This document shows, piece after piece, positions 26,189 through 37,194 of a stretch of DNA of 64,000 nt. The position numbers and the translations under genes were made by a program. Source of the DNA: TPA_inf: Saccharomyces (taxonomy: Eukaryota); NCBI GenBank assembly GCA_000146045.2, contig BK006934.2, positions 96,001 through 160,000 on the forward strand. Reading direction: 5' to 3'. Under the pieces are notes generated by a model. The model was not told where the DNA came from and ran no database searches. It was given only the letters and a program-made list of their open reading frames with translations. How positions within the stretch are numbered: the stretch's first letter is position 1; each line of letters starts with the position of its first letter.

Positions 26189-26888
26189 AGGGCCAGCGCT
26201 TCGTTTGTCTCGTTTTTCGTGGATTATCGGCCTTTAAGATTGTCCAACCCGGCAAATCTTGCACGCACATTGTATGTGCGCTGCTCGTATAGTATCCACT
26301 TCGTGTGACATTACTATAATCGTACGGCTTAGTCGGGAATAAAGGCTGGCCTCATTTTCGTACAGAGACATTTTGCCGGAAATTTCGTATTTTGCTGTGC
26401 CCCCGGTAATTCCCGGGCGCGGCACAAAACCTCTCTAAACAACCGCCCATTGTTGCAATTGTTCGTCTGTACGGGACAGGCGGCGATCATAACGTCGCAC
26501 GGTGCACAGCAATTGCCGTTTTCGGAGATCTCCCTGAGTAAGCAGTCGTTTACGACCTTAATGGCTTTACAATTATCGGTTGGAACAATAACAAGAACAA
26601 TTGGTTCTCTGCCTGGTGGTGAGTTAATCTGGTGGGAATGTAGTGCACAGGCGCGAGTAACGTAGGAAGCGAGAGAGAACAAGGAAAAAGAAAAAGTGGA
26701 GGAAGGTTGGTTGTATTGTCTTTTTCGGTTCTTTTCTTTTCTTTTTTTCTTTTTTTACGATGCATGTATATGTATTTTAATAGTAAAATATATTATTAAA
26801 TAGGGGAGTGTGGTTGTGTGATTTAGTAGAGTAGTTAGAATAAAAACGACACAGTGGAAAAAAAAAGGTATTTTCTTTCTTTCTTTCT

Positions 26889-27590
26889 TCAGATCTTGCC
26901 AGCATCGAATCTTCTGGATGCTTCTTTCCAGTTGACCACATTCCAAATGGCTTTGAAGTAGTCGGCTTTCTTGTTTTGGTACTGCAAGTAGTAGGCGTGT
27001 TCCCAGGCGTCAATGGCAACTAGAGGAACTAGTGGGCCTGTGACGGTATCCTGGTTGTAGGTTTGAACAACGTCCAGCTTGCCTCCATTAGAGAGGTTTT
27101 TCACAATGAAGGCCCATCCGGAGCCCTGCACGCCTGCTAGCTTTGTGTTGGTCAACTTAATCAGCTCGTCCAGACTGCCAAACTGCTCGTCGATTGCCTT
27201 TGCCAAAGCGCCGGTGGGTGGTTCACCACCGCCCTGCGACTCTGGAGCCAGGTTTTCCCAGAATAGACAGTGGTTTGTGAAACCACCGCCATGGAACTTG
27301 ATGTTTTGTTGGATAGCAATCATTTTTCTTGCGTTTGCGGGAGAGGGCTCCTTGGCCAGAAGATCTGAGAGTTCTTGGAATTGGTCAACAGCAGTGTTGA
27401 ATCCGTTCACATAAGTTTGATGGTGCTTGGTGTAATGCAATTCGTTGATTTGACCGGAGATATAAGGTTCCAATGCACCGAAGTCCCACTTCAAGTCTGG
27501 CAAGGTGACTTTGGTTCTCCTTGCTGTGGTGGAGAGCAATGACAAACCACCCTTCTTGGTTAAATTAGCAGCTGCTGTTTTCGCGAACAT
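26889..27590 (-). CDS. SOD2: SOD2, mitochondrial Mn-superoxide dismutase, 233 aa
   Basis: Fe/Mn-SOD signatures (HHQTYVN, DAWEHAYY) and a mitochondrial presequence. Confidence 0.95.
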   Translation of the reverse strand: MFAKTAAANLTKKGGLSLLSTTARRTKVTLPDLKWDFGALEPYISGQINELHYTKHHQTYVNGFNTAVDQFQELSDLLAKEPSPANARKMIAIQQNIKFHGGGFTNHCLFWENLAPESQGGGEPPTGALAKAIDEQFGSLDELIKLTNTKLAGVQGSGWAFIVKNLSNGGKLDVVQTYNQDTVTGPLVPLVAIDAWEHAYYLQYQNKKADYFKAIWNVVNWKEASRRFDAGKI

Positions 27591-27928
27591 CCTGGTACGT
27601 TTTTAGGAGGTATAGTTATCAATTGGGGTTTCGTTCCTGTAGCAGCAAGTGAAAAGCAATCGCTGTAGCTAGCTTGTATATTTTGGGGATGCAACGCTCT
27701 TATATACAAGTTATAGCTTCTTCATCAGGGGTGTCTGCTACGGTCGCGGAAATTTTTCGGCACATCCCTACTTTTTTTTTTGCGAAGCTAGTGGTTCGGC
27801 CTGTGTTATTGGTCCAGGTTTAAGGTCGCGCCAACAATGATAATAGCAATTAGTAATCAGCTCAACCTCAAGTAGAATACTACACGTGCAATCGGTAGCA
27901 TGCGCAAGGGCAAACAGGATAGACGCCA

Positions 27929-27974
27929 AGAGAGAAAGAGAAAGAGAGAGAGAGAGAGAAAAAAAAAAAAGAAA
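27929..27974. repeat. Polypurine (GA)n/A-run tract in the SOD2-TDA3 intergenic region
   Basis: agagaaagagaaagagagagagagagagaaaaaaaaaaaagaaa. Confidence 0.9.
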
Positions 27975-28108
27975 TATATAGATTTAGGTATTCGTTAAAT
28001 ATATACACATTAAATGGCCTCAGAAATTTTAAATATATAAATAAATAAGCTCTTATATGTACAAATTTGTGCATATACTTTTCTTGACCTTTTTACTCCT
28101 CGGCTTGA

Positions 28109-29680
28109 TTAAGAAAGGATGGTGGCGTCGAAATATAACTTTGGATCCAAACTTGAGATTTCCGCAGAGGTTGCTTCGCCATCAAGGAGAATCTCAGCCA
28201 TTAATTTACCTGTTGCTGGCGCATTGTTAATACCCCAACAAGAATGTCCACTTGCAATATAAAGATCCTTGACATTTGTCTCACCAATTAAGGGACCAGA
28301 ACTTGTAGGAACGTTTAAAACTGGCAAAAAACAGGCTTGTTTCCGCAAGAGATGGCCCTTTGATAGAGTTGGCGATAATTTGGATACGTAATGGTACAAT
28401 TCATCACACTTCTCCGAAACTACCTCCACATCGTCCGAACTTTCAGGTATATTGACTAAAGTGTCGCCTTCGCCGCACACATAAACTTCATCTTTTCTAG
28501 CATACATTTCAGGGGAGAAAAATTCACGGTCGTTAACTTTTAGTTCAGCAAGAATAGCGTAAGGTGAAACTGTCTTTTCACTAGGCTTAATGGTGACAGA
28601 GTGGGCTCTCAATCCAGAAATTGGACAATCTTTTAGAATCTTGGAAGTCCAGGGTCCCATACTCAAAACAATCTGCTGGATGTCATTGATTTCAATGGGC
28701 TTCGCGTTCTCATCGTTGAAGATTGTACCCAGCTTAATGTCTGGATTTTCTGCATGCCCTCTGCTATTTCTGCGATTCTTGACGACAGATGGAAGGTACT
28801 TAAGAGAATGAACACAATCCATCTCGTCACACTTTAGCCCAACTACCTTACCTAGGAGAAGATCGACAGCACCTGTTTCCATTGCCTTCGATAAGATGAA
28901 ATGGGTGAATTTATAGGGATGAAGCTGCGCTGTGGTATCAGTACCACCTAGTGATGACCAATCATTAACCAATTCTCTTCTTATCCAATCTAAATCAGCA
29001 GGCAAAGGATTATGGATATTAGTCTCTCTCAGTTGCTCCACGGGACTTACAGAGTCAAGATCAGATGCGCTATTTGTGTGGCTTCTCATGCGCTCATTTG
29101 TTAGAGAGTGTAAACTGGGTACTGAGCTAGAAACATGAATGTCTGATCCTTCTTCCTCGTTACTAGCGGAGTCGTTTTTCAAAGAAGAGCCCGAAGAACT
29201 CAAAGATGAATTAGAGTCCCCGATGTTAAACTTGTTGGATATGTAGCCCGGTCTCTTCTTTGGAGGAGGGACATTCAGATTATATGCCTTCTTGCTCAGT
29301 CTTTCGTAGTTTTCAATGACTTCTTCGCGAACATCTGCTTCTAAGGACACAGTCGTCAATCTTCTGTAGTCCCAGTTGTTTTCTCCATCATATTCATCAC
29401 TCAACTCCTGATGTAGCTGGAAACTTAAAGGTACGATTTGGTGAGGGAAAGCCCAAGATGCAAGCAAGCCACCTGCTTTACCAGAAGCCCCTCCAGCAAT
29501 GCGCCTCGATTCAATGATGGTAATATGATGCGTCGAAGGGCTGAAACTTGGATGCTGGGTCAAGTAGTAAGCAGTACAGCAACCGATGATACCGCCACCT
29601 ACAATGACAATATGTTTTTTCCCTTCGCTGTTCTTTGAAGGGTACGTTTGAAACGGTGGGTGCATAAAATCTTCACCCAT
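28109..29680 (-). CDS. TDA3: TDA3, FAD-dependent oxidoreductase, 523 aa
   Basis: N-terminal FAD dinucleotide fold VIVGGGIIGCCTAYYL and DAO-type domain architecture. Confidence 0.85.
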   Translation of the reverse strand: MGEDFMHPPFQTYPSKNSEGKKHIVIVGGGIIGCCTAYYLTQHPSFSPSTHHITIIESRRIAGGASGKAGGLLASWAFPHQIVPLSFQLHQELSDEYDGENNWDYRRLTTVSLEADVREEVIENYERLSKKAYNLNVPPPKKRPGYISNKFNIGDSNSSLSSSGSSLKNDSASNEEEGSDIHVSSSVPSLHSLTNERMRSHTNSASDLDSVSPVEQLRETNIHNPLPADLDWIRRELVNDWSSLGGTDTTAQLHPYKFTHFILSKAMETGAVDLLLGKVVGLKCDEMDCVHSLKYLPSVVKNRRNSRGHAENPDIKLGTIFNDENAKPIEINDIQQIVLSMGPWTSKILKDCPISGLRAHSVTIKPSEKTVSPYAILAELKVNDREFFSPEMYARKDEVYVCGEGDTLVNIPESSDDVEVVSEKCDELYHYVSKLSPTLSKGHLLRKQACFLPVLNVPTSSGPLIGETNVKDLYIASGHSCWGINNAPATGKLMAEILLDGEATSAEISSLDPKLYFDATILS

Positions 29681-29832
29681 TTATAAACACTATTCCTTCT
29701 GTTGCTTGGTTAAAATGCTATTGATACTTAGATGGTGTATTGGAGAGCACGAAAATCTTTTGCTGAGTGACTTGAACTATCAAACAGAATTACTTGTTGG
29801 CTGATTTTTTTTAAGTCTTGATTTAACAATAG

Positions 29833-29852
29833 AAAAAAAAAAAAAAAAAAAA
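29833..29852. promoter_or_regulatory. Poly(dA:dT) tract of 20 A in the TDA3 promoter, a probable nucleosome-excluding element
   Basis: A homopolymer run visible in the sequence, about 150 bp upstream of the TDA3 ATG. Confidence 0.6.
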
Positions 29853-30105
29853 GGAACAATATAACTTTTGTAGTACGTGTGCCAGGTTACAGATATGGTT
29901 TCACTTCTATGTCGTGCTTTTTTCATTCATACGTAATCTTATGCATGTAGGGGATAGACGCACAAAAGCACCAAGGCTGCATGTATTGATAAATTGGCTT
30001 ACACGATTCCAGCTAAGGGGACTCGGACGGAACCGTCTCATATTATACGTTCAGTGAATATTTTTCACGGAAGAATGGAAAGGGCCTCGAAAGACGTTAA
30101 TGCAT

Positions 30106-30163
30106 CCGTACACCTACATCTTTACATTTTTTGCTGTTGCACCTACACTGTTTTTTTTTTTTT
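30106..30163 (+). promoter_or_regulatory. Two tandem Rap1-like sites (ccgtACACCTACATCTt and gttGCACCTACACtg) followed by a T13 tract, about 360-420 bp upstream of RPL27A
   Basis: Both match the Rap1 consensus ACACCCRYACAYM. Tandem Rap1 sites plus a T-rich tract are the standard ribosomal-protein promoter layout. Confidence 0.6.
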
Positions 30164-30520
30164 CACCTTATGAGTCCTGTATTTCTTGAAAGAGCCGATA
30201 ACAATATTCCAGGTGGAGTCCCGAGGCAGAATCAAGGCTGCGGAGAGAAGTTCCTCTCAAACTAATGGGAGTGATCCGCTCAGTTCTCCCATCACGACAG
30301 AACTGTCTGAGACAAAGTCTTTCCAGCAGAGCTCCGCCTACGCTCTTGCTGCAGAGATTCGCCCGAAGGCAGGTTTCCTGAAATTCTTTTCACTAGTAAA
30401 GTGTTCGTTCATGTAAAACATACTGCCGTAGTTTTGAGCTAAAATTAAAGATATATTAGATTTTTAGAATTTCTTAGATAGTCTCAACGTGTTAAAACAA
30501 AAGCATAACCAAAGAAAAAA

Positions 30521-31492
30521 ATGGCTAAGTTCTTGAAAGCTGGTAAAGTTGGTACGTATCATTTTCAGTTTTTGGACATCAACAAAAAACCGTGCAACTG
30601 TGGTATTAGAAATCCAAGTTATTAGCAGTTGATGTTGTATAATTTGAGTTTGAATTCGAGTATTGTATCTTCATATGGGAGTAGGGAGGAAAAAGCGTGG
30701 AGATGTTAGATCTGGGAAAAAACCTTTAAATTTGAATGATAGCTTATTAATAGAAATATTGGACAAAAAGATGAATGATTTAGGAGCGAAACTAACGATT
30801 ATTCATATTCATTGAGCTATACGAGGCAGTGGAAGGGTTATCAAAAAGTTGTAATTTAAAAGAAAAAAGCATCAATAGCCACCAAATAAGATGGTGAAAG
30901 TTCCGCGATATATTTGCTAAGACCATAGGCACATGTACGCAGGCGACCAGGGCCTTTTATTTACTGTAGTTCTTTCCATGCCCTATTAAAAATTCGTGGG
31001 CCTATGATAATTTTTCTCTCCCTAGTATTGAAGAACAAAATTGAGAATTCGCCAAACTTTAAGAAGGGTTCACATTTACTAACTATTTCTTTTCCTTCCT
31101 TTTTTTACACAGCTGTCGTTGTCCGTGGTCGTTACGCCGGTAAGAAGGTTGTTATCGTTAAACCACATGATGAAGGTTCCAAGTCTCACCCATTTGGTCA
31201 CGCTTTGGTTGCCGGTATTGAAAGATACCCATTGAAGGTCACCAAGAAGCACGGTGCCAAGAAGGTTGCTAAGAGAACCAAGATCAAGCCTTTCATCAAG
31301 GTCGTCAACTACAACCATTTATTGCCAACCAGATACACTTTAGATGTTGAAGCTTTCAAATCCGTTGTTTCTACTGAAACTTTCGAACAACCTTCCCAAC
31401 GTGAAGAAGCTAAGAAAGTCGTCAAGAAGGCTTTCGAAGAAAGACACCAAGCTGGTAAGAACCAATGGTTCTTCTCTAAGTTGAGATTTTAA
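30521..31492 (+). CDS. RPL27A: RPL27A, ribosomal protein L27; spliced: exon 1 30521-30551, exon 2 31113-31492; 136 aa
   Basis: Exon 1 encodes [10 protein letters not shown] plus the G of the Ala codon. The 5' splice site is GTACGT at 30552, TACTAAC lies at 31077-31083, and the CAG acceptor ends at 31112. Exon 2 encodes (A)[60 protein letters not shown]…. Confidence 0.9.
30552..31112 (+). other. RPL27A intron (561 nt) with a non-canonical GTACGT 5' splice site
   Basis: Read from sequence. Only this join restores the conserved L27 N-terminus [18 protein letters not shown]. Confidence 0.85.
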
Positions 31493-31779
31493 GAGAATTG
31501 CATTATGGTCAACCAAAAATCAAAAAATTATTAGTAATATCAACATATGTATATTTAATGTATGTAAACAATGATTAAATATTAATAAAATATATCTACA
31601 TATAAGTATACGCAAATGGGGTTTTTCTTCAAAAAAATTGTTTGCTGGTGTTTTCAACCTTAACGACAAAACGAATCATAACGCGGTAAAGGGGAACGAT
31701 AATATATAATGGAAGCATTAAGCAAACAGCTTTGTAATACGTTTTACAGACACTGAACAAGACAAGATTTTAAACAGCA

Positions 31780-33120
31780 ATGATTATAAGGCGCTTATTT
31801 TCAATTTCAAATCGCTCATTCTTCTTGAAGAAACCTCAATTTGATGTAAAAAAAATAATAGAGATGATTCCTCAGTACCAAACTTCTATCCAGAATAGAG
31901 AGCTGATAGAGGCGGATAGTATTATACGAAGCTTACAACTGTTGGGTGAACGGTATCAAAATATAAAAGAGATTGATAAAGTTATTGCGGATATTCAAAT
32001 ACAGAGGAAATCAATTGAGGCTCAAATCAAAAAGGATAAAACAAAAATTACGGAATACTCAGCTGCGCTGAAGGCCCTGAAAGAACAGTACAACGATCAA
32101 AATAGCAAATCGTCGGAGCTGAAAAAGAAAATCTTGGAGACCTGCAAATCACTTCCAAATACCTTGGATCCTACGGTCCCATTAGATGCCCCACAGATTG
32201 AACAATGGATAAACCCTTTAAAAACACATAAAACTTCAGAAGCTCAGGCGCATGTTGATATCATGCTTAAAAAGAATATGTTAGACCTACAGACTGCCTC
32301 GAACGTTACAGGAATGTCATGGTACTATCTATTGAATGACGGAGCACGTCTCGAACAAGCATTGGTAGCATATGCATTGAAAAAGGCAAACGAAAATGGG
32401 TTTTCAAGCTGCGTACCGCCAAGCATCACGAAGAAGGAGTTAATAGATGCATGTGGATTTAATCCAAGAGATATGAATAATGAAAGGCAAATTTACGCTC
32501 TTCAAGACACCAATTTAGGATTGGTGGCTACCGCGGAGATACCTTTGGCAGGTCTAGGGGCAAACAAAGTTCTAGAGTTAAACTCGGGAGAATGTTCTAA
32601 GAAACTAGTTGGAGTAAGTAGATGTTACAGAGCTGAGGCAGGTGCCAGGGGAAAAGATACGAAAGGTCTCTATCGCGTTCATGAGTTTACTAAAGTAGAA
32701 TTATTTTGCTGGAGCAAGCCAGAAACCAGTGCAAAGGTCCTTGAGGAAATAAAGCAATTTCAGATTTCTGTAGTTGAGGAATTAGGAATACCGGCCAAAG
32801 TACTAAATATGCCATCAAACGATCTTGGTAATCCCGCTTTCAAGAAATACGACATCGAAGCTTGGATGCCAGGAAGGGGGAAATTTGGCGAGATAAGTAG
32901 TGCCTCCAATTGTACCGATTTCCAAAGTAGAAGATTAAATACAAAGTACAGGGACGATAACACAGGAAAGCTAGAATATGTGCACACGCTGAATGGCACA
33001 GCAATGGCTATCCCAAGAGTGATAGTAGCACTAGTAGAAAATTTCTATGACCCAAGCACCGGTAAGATATCTGTTCCTGAATGTTTGAGGGAGTTTATGA
33101 ATGGCCAACGATACATTTAA
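31780..33120 (+). CDS. DIA4: DIA4, mitochondrial seryl-tRNA synthetase (class II), 446 aa
   Basis: An N-terminal coiled-coil arm and the class II motifs (…FRVHEFTKVELF…, GLGRAIPRV-like C-terminal motif 3). Confidence 0.88.
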   Translation: MIIRRLFSISNRSFFLKKPQFDVKKIIEMIPQYQTSIQNRELIEADSIIRSLQLLGERYQNIKEIDKVIADIQIQRKSIEAQIKKDKTKITEYSAALKALKEQYNDQNSKSSELKKKILETCKSLPNTLDPTVPLDAPQIEQWINPLKTHKTSEAQAHVDIMLKKNMLDLQTASNVTGMSWYYLLNDGARLEQALVAYALKKANENGFSSCVPPSITKKELIDACGFNPRDMNNERQIYALQDTNLGLVATAEIPLAGLGANKVLELNSGECSKKLVGVSRCYRAEAGARGKDTKGLYRVHEFTKVELFCWSKPETSAKVLEEIKQFQISVVEELGIPAKVLNMPSNDLGNPAFKKYDIEAWMPGRGKFGEISSASNCTDFQSRRLNTKYRDDNTGKLEYVHTLNGTAMAIPRVIVALVENFYDPSTGKISVPECLREFMNGQRYI

Positions 33121-33480
33121 TAAGTAAGAAAATCTTGTAAATATGTAATCTTATGTTAACCGTAGCATCATTGTGTTGGACGAAATCCTCTGTGATGTTC
33201 TGTGTGATTGAAATTGTATGGTATTTTCGATCATACGAGTATTTTTCCTAAAGATGAAAGAGAACTCGATTCCTAAACAGTTGTTTGTAGGGCATAACGT
33301 TGTATCGTAAATACTTACCATACGCTTAGGTATATTCCTTTAGATTTCCGTAACACCTTTCAGTTTTACTATTCCGCGTGGCGAGGTAAAGATCATAAAA
33401 ATACAAGTTTGTTATAGCATTTCCTGCAAATAATTGCTGTAACTAGTGGCGAAAAGGTCATAGAATTATTCGCCTAAATT

Positions 33481-34448
33481 ATGTTGTTGTTAGCATTAAG
33501 TGATGCACATATTCCTGATAGAGCAACTGTATGTGTTATTCTCCTTTCTTCTCTGGTTAGCTGTAGTGGAACCTATAACGGCCATTGCGCCACAACTTCC
33601 TTTAACATTAATACTAACATATTGATAACGACTTCAATTGCAAGTAGGATTTACCTGTAAAATTCAAAAAATTACTAAGCGTTCCTGATAAAATATCTCA
33701 GGTCGCTTTATTAGGTAATAGTACAAAGTCTTATGACTTTTTGAAATTTGTCAATCAGATATCTAACAATATAACAATCGTAAGAGGAGAATTTGATAAT
33801 GGGCACTTACCAAGCACGAAGAAAGATAAAGCATCAGATAACTCTAGACCGATGGAAGAAATTCCTATGAATAGTATAATAAGGCAAGGTGCTTTGAAAA
33901 TCGGCTGTTGTAGCGGTTATACCGTTGTGCCAAAGAACGACCCCTTATCTTTGTTAGCATTGGCACGCCAGTTGGATGTAGACATTTTATTGTGGGGTGG
34001 TACTCATAACGTTGAAGCTTATACCTTAGAGGGAAAATTTTTCGTTAATCCAGGTAGCTGTACGGGTGCTTTTAATACAGATTGGCCAATTGTCTTTGAT
34101 GTTGAGGATAGCGATGAAGCTGTGACATCAGAGGTGGACAAGCCGACTAAGGAGAATCAGTCGGAGGATGACGATGCCAAGGGTGGATCAACAGGAAAGG
34201 AACAACCTGGGTCTTACACGCCTAAAGAAGGCACTGCTGGGGAACGTGAGAATGAGAATGAAAGCAACGTTAAGCCTGAAAACCAATTTAAGGAAGACGA
34301 GGTTGATATGTCAGATTCGGATATAAATGGGTCTAATTCACCAAGTTTCTGCCTCTTGGATATTCAAGGCAATACCTGCACGTTATACATTTATTTATAC
34401 GTTAATGGAGAAGTGAAGGTCGATAAAGTGGTTTATGAAAAGGAATAG
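33481..34448 (+). CDS. VPS29: VPS29, retromer subunit (metallophosphoesterase fold); spliced: exon 1 33481-33528, exon 2 33648-34448; 282 aa
   Basis: Exon 1 encodes MLLLALSDAHIPDRAT. GTATGT begins at 33529, TACTAAC lies at 33612-33618, and the TAG acceptor ends at 33647. Exon 2 continues DLPVKFKKLLSVPDKISQVALLGNST…, including the yeast-specific acidic insert. Confidence 0.88.
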
Positions 34449-34729
34449 GGTAGCCATTTTCATTTTTATGCATTTCTATGATGTCTAAACATTAGATGCA
34501 TTCGTGAACTTTTTCTTGCAGACGAGATAGATGTAATTAAGATATCCTATCTGCCGGATATTACATATATAAAAAAAGAAAGCTTGCATGCACAGTTTCC
34601 TTACTATTCATGCTCACACAATTCTACCGAATTAGCACTGCAGTGTTTAGAACCGTGCTCAAAAAGAGCTAACAGAGCTTGTGAAGAAGCCTGGATGAAA
34701 ATATACTACGTTTATATAGGTTGATTTAA

Positions 34730-35446
34730 TTATACAATGATATCATTTACGCCTTGCTTAATGATATCCTCTAGTAGATCGCTTTCTAGATCGTCTTCTA
34801 GTTTTTCCTCATTCTCTTTCAAACGGCGATGGGTGAAGTTGCTTATCTGCAACTCCTCTAATTTTAAAACCTTCTTCATGGCGTATGCATCTTCACCATC
34901 CTGATAGTAGCTTTTCTCGATACTCAACACCTCAAACGCCAATGTGTCCCTGTACAAGTGTAAAGCTGCTCTATTAGATTGTCTCACATGCAAGGAAACA
35001 TATTCCGCTTGATGAACTTCTCTCAACGCAAATAAAGCTTGTCTCATTAAGTTTTCGGCAATCCCCATCCTTCTATAGGTTCTCATGACACTTAAGGAAG
35101 TAATATGACCATTTGGTGGCTCGTTTTGCTGGTCGGGGTCGTCGTTCATCTTCACGAGAACGTATCCAACTAATTTTTCGCCCGGAGCCAAGTATGTTGG
35201 ATCCAACTTGATTGTCCTGCCGTCATTGGTCCCATCTAAGGTCAATTCCAATTTGTCGTTCTCATCTTGTTCATCACTATCTTCACAGTCCAAAGTGGTG
35301 GTAGTAGCAACAAACGAAGCCTCTGGCCACGAGAGAATATGATACATATAATATTTCATCATATAATTTTCGGGTAGGTTATGAAGGTTGGCATTTTGCA
35401 TACATATAATGTCATTGATTGTCGCTCTGCGAATATTAATAGGCAT
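34730..35446 (-). CDS. ARD1: ARD1 (NAA10), catalytic subunit of the NatA N-terminal acetyltransferase, 238 aa
   Basis: GNAT acetyl-CoA-binding motif ([17 protein letters not shown]). Confidence 0.9.
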   Translation of the reverse strand: MPINIRRATINDIICMQNANLHNLPENYMMKYYMYHILSWPEASFVATTTTLDCEDSDEQDENDKLELTLDGTNDGRTIKLDPTYLAPGEKLVGYVLVKMNDDPDQQNEPPNGHITSLSVMRTYRRMGIAENLMRQALFALREVHQAEYVSLHVRQSNRAALHLYRDTLAFEVLSIEKSYYQDGEDAYAMKKVLKLEELQISNFTHRRLKENEEKLEDDLESDLLEDIIKQGVNDIIV

Positions 35447-35949
35447 GGTTGACGAAGTTTTATTTTGGAGCTTGATCGTATGTATTTAGGTTTCCCTTTT
35501 CACTTGGCAATTACTCGTTGCTGACAAAAGGTTTCAAACTTTTCAGACGGTGCTTTTTTTTTCTGTTCAAAAAACCAATTGACGCGAGAAAGTGAGGATT
35601 GAGCCTAGAGATCAATAAAGACAAATTAGCATTGGATGCAATACTACTAAAGCAAGCGCTTTAAGAGAAAATATTTGTCCTGGAAGTCTCATGGAGATTA
35701 TACTTTATGAATTCTTTATCTCCGGGCAGAAGGCACTTCAGCGTATCATTTGTTCCATGATATTTTCTGAATAAACTTCAGAATTATAATACACAGTATT
35801 TACACATCTAATTTTTGACTACAGTATAATATTCAAGCTTCTTGATTTACCTGCAGTTATGCTTAAATTCACATTTGAATTCTTTAGTATCCGTTTAGCT
35901 AGTTAGTACCTTTGCACGGAAATGTATTAATTAGGAGTATATTGAGAAA

Positions 35950-35959
35950 TAGCCGCCGA
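35950..35959. promoter_or_regulatory. URS1 (Ume6 site) TAGCCGCCGA, about 90 bp upstream of the SPO13 ATG
   Basis: An exact match to the URS1 core TCGGCGGCTA on the opposite strand. URS1-dependent regulation of SPO13 is established. Confidence 0.8.
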
Positions 35960-36046
35960 CAAAAAGGAAGTCTCATAAAAGTGTCTAACAGACAATTAGC
36001 GCAATAAGAAGAAAGAAAACGGATTGAAGTTGAGTCGAGAATAATT

Positions 36047-36922
36047 ATGGCACCCAGAAAACGCTTTAGGCTACTCGAATTAGGGTCACCAACACATTCT
36101 AAAAGGAAAGTTCAAAAACCTCTTCAAGAGAAGACCCCAAACTTGCGAGTTTCTCCACTTGCTTTTAAAATTGGTAAAGAAATCAAGAATAAGGAAATCA
36201 GAAAAACAAAAAAAACAGAATCAGAAAATATATTCAATTCGAAACATGTCGATTTAAGACTAGAAAGCCCACATCCAGGATTAAATTTTGTAAGTGATGC
36301 TCAACAGTACTCAAAGGCTGGAGATGTTCGATATTTGAAAAATAAATCAAGCAATACCTTGAAAAACGAAAGACAAACAATAGAGCGCCCCTCATTTGAT
36401 AATTCCTTAAGGTTCGAGGACATTGAGCAGCCTCCAAAATCTACTTCAACGCCGGTTCTTTCTCAATCTTCTCAAATAAATGTAGAAAGAGAAGCACCCA
36501 TGTTTCCAGTTCCTTACTATATTGCTCCTTCTCCTATGTATAATTTTAGCCCGTATCAAAATTTCGTTGGAAACCCAACGTTCCTGACGCCAAGTCATAA
36601 CCCAAACCTAAACTATGCCATTCCCATCCAACGGCCGGAGTTGCTTTATCCGAATGTTAACGTATACGATTCGCCATTGTTTAAGAAAACAAGACTGCCC
36701 CATCAGACCAAAAGTCTAGATAAAGAAAAAAATTACCAATATCTTCCAATATATCCGGTCTCGATTTCTAATAACGGAGATTTTGTTGGCCAAGAGACAC
36801 CAAGGGCAGCACCAAAGTTAAGTAAAAAGAGACTTTCAAATACATTGGATGTTAATTGTTCCGATTATGAGTCTAGTGGACAAAATGCAACTTATAATGA
36901 TAGTGAGTCTTCCCTTAATTAA
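36047..36922 (+). CDS. SPO13: SPO13, meiosis I regulator, 291 aa
   Basis: Recognised as SPO13 from the translation (MAPRKRFRLLELGSPTHSKRK…). The URS1 promoter element upstream is consistent with this. Confidence 0.85.
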   Translation: MAPRKRFRLLELGSPTHSKRKVQKPLQEKTPNLRVSPLAFKIGKEIKNKEIRKTKKTESENIFNSKHVDLRLESPHPGLNFVSDAQQYSKAGDVRYLKNKSSNTLKNERQTIERPSFDNSLRFEDIEQPPKSTSTPVLSQSSQINVEREAPMFPVPYYIAPSPMYNFSPYQNFVGNPTFLTPSHNPNLNYAIPIQRPELLYPNVNVYDSPLFKKTRLPHQTKSLDKEKNYQYLPIYPVSISNNGDFVGQETPRAAPKLSKKRLSNTLDVNCSDYESSGQNATYNDSESSLN

Positions 36923-37025
36923 AAAGATTAGTTTACTTTTTCTGTAGAATGTTAATTAGTTTATTGCATAGAAAATCTTTAATACTGAATGACAAAATTT
37001 CCACAATTTTTTTTAAAAAAATTAT

Positions 37026-37107
37026 CGACAACTGCAGGACTCGAACCTGCGCGGGCAAAGCCCAAAAGATTTCTAATCTTTCGCCTTAACCACTCGGCCA
37101 AGTTGCC
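37026..37107 (-). tRNA. tS(AGA): tRNA-Ser (anticodon AGA), 82 nt with a long variable arm
   Basis: The minus-strand sequence is GGCAACTTGGCCGAGTGGTTAAGGCGAAAGATTAGAAATCTTTTGGGCTTTGCCCGCGCAGGTTCGAGTCCTGCAGTTGTCG. The anticodon loop is TTAGAAA. Confidence 0.92.
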
Positions 37108-37194
37108 ACTTATTATATAAGTCGTAAGCATAATATCAGGATCTTATGCCTTAGTATAAGTCAATTGAAATTGCAATCCTTGTATGTTTTATAT

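Noticed and set aside
26329-26682. A 117-aa Cys-rich ORF (minus) between ERG11 and SOD2, which could be a small secreted or metal-binding protein.
   Set aside because: Its composition follows the local GC richness. It has no recognisable domain and overlaps other short ORFs in other frames. I treat it as a dubious ORF, but I list the underlying GC-rich island as a finding.
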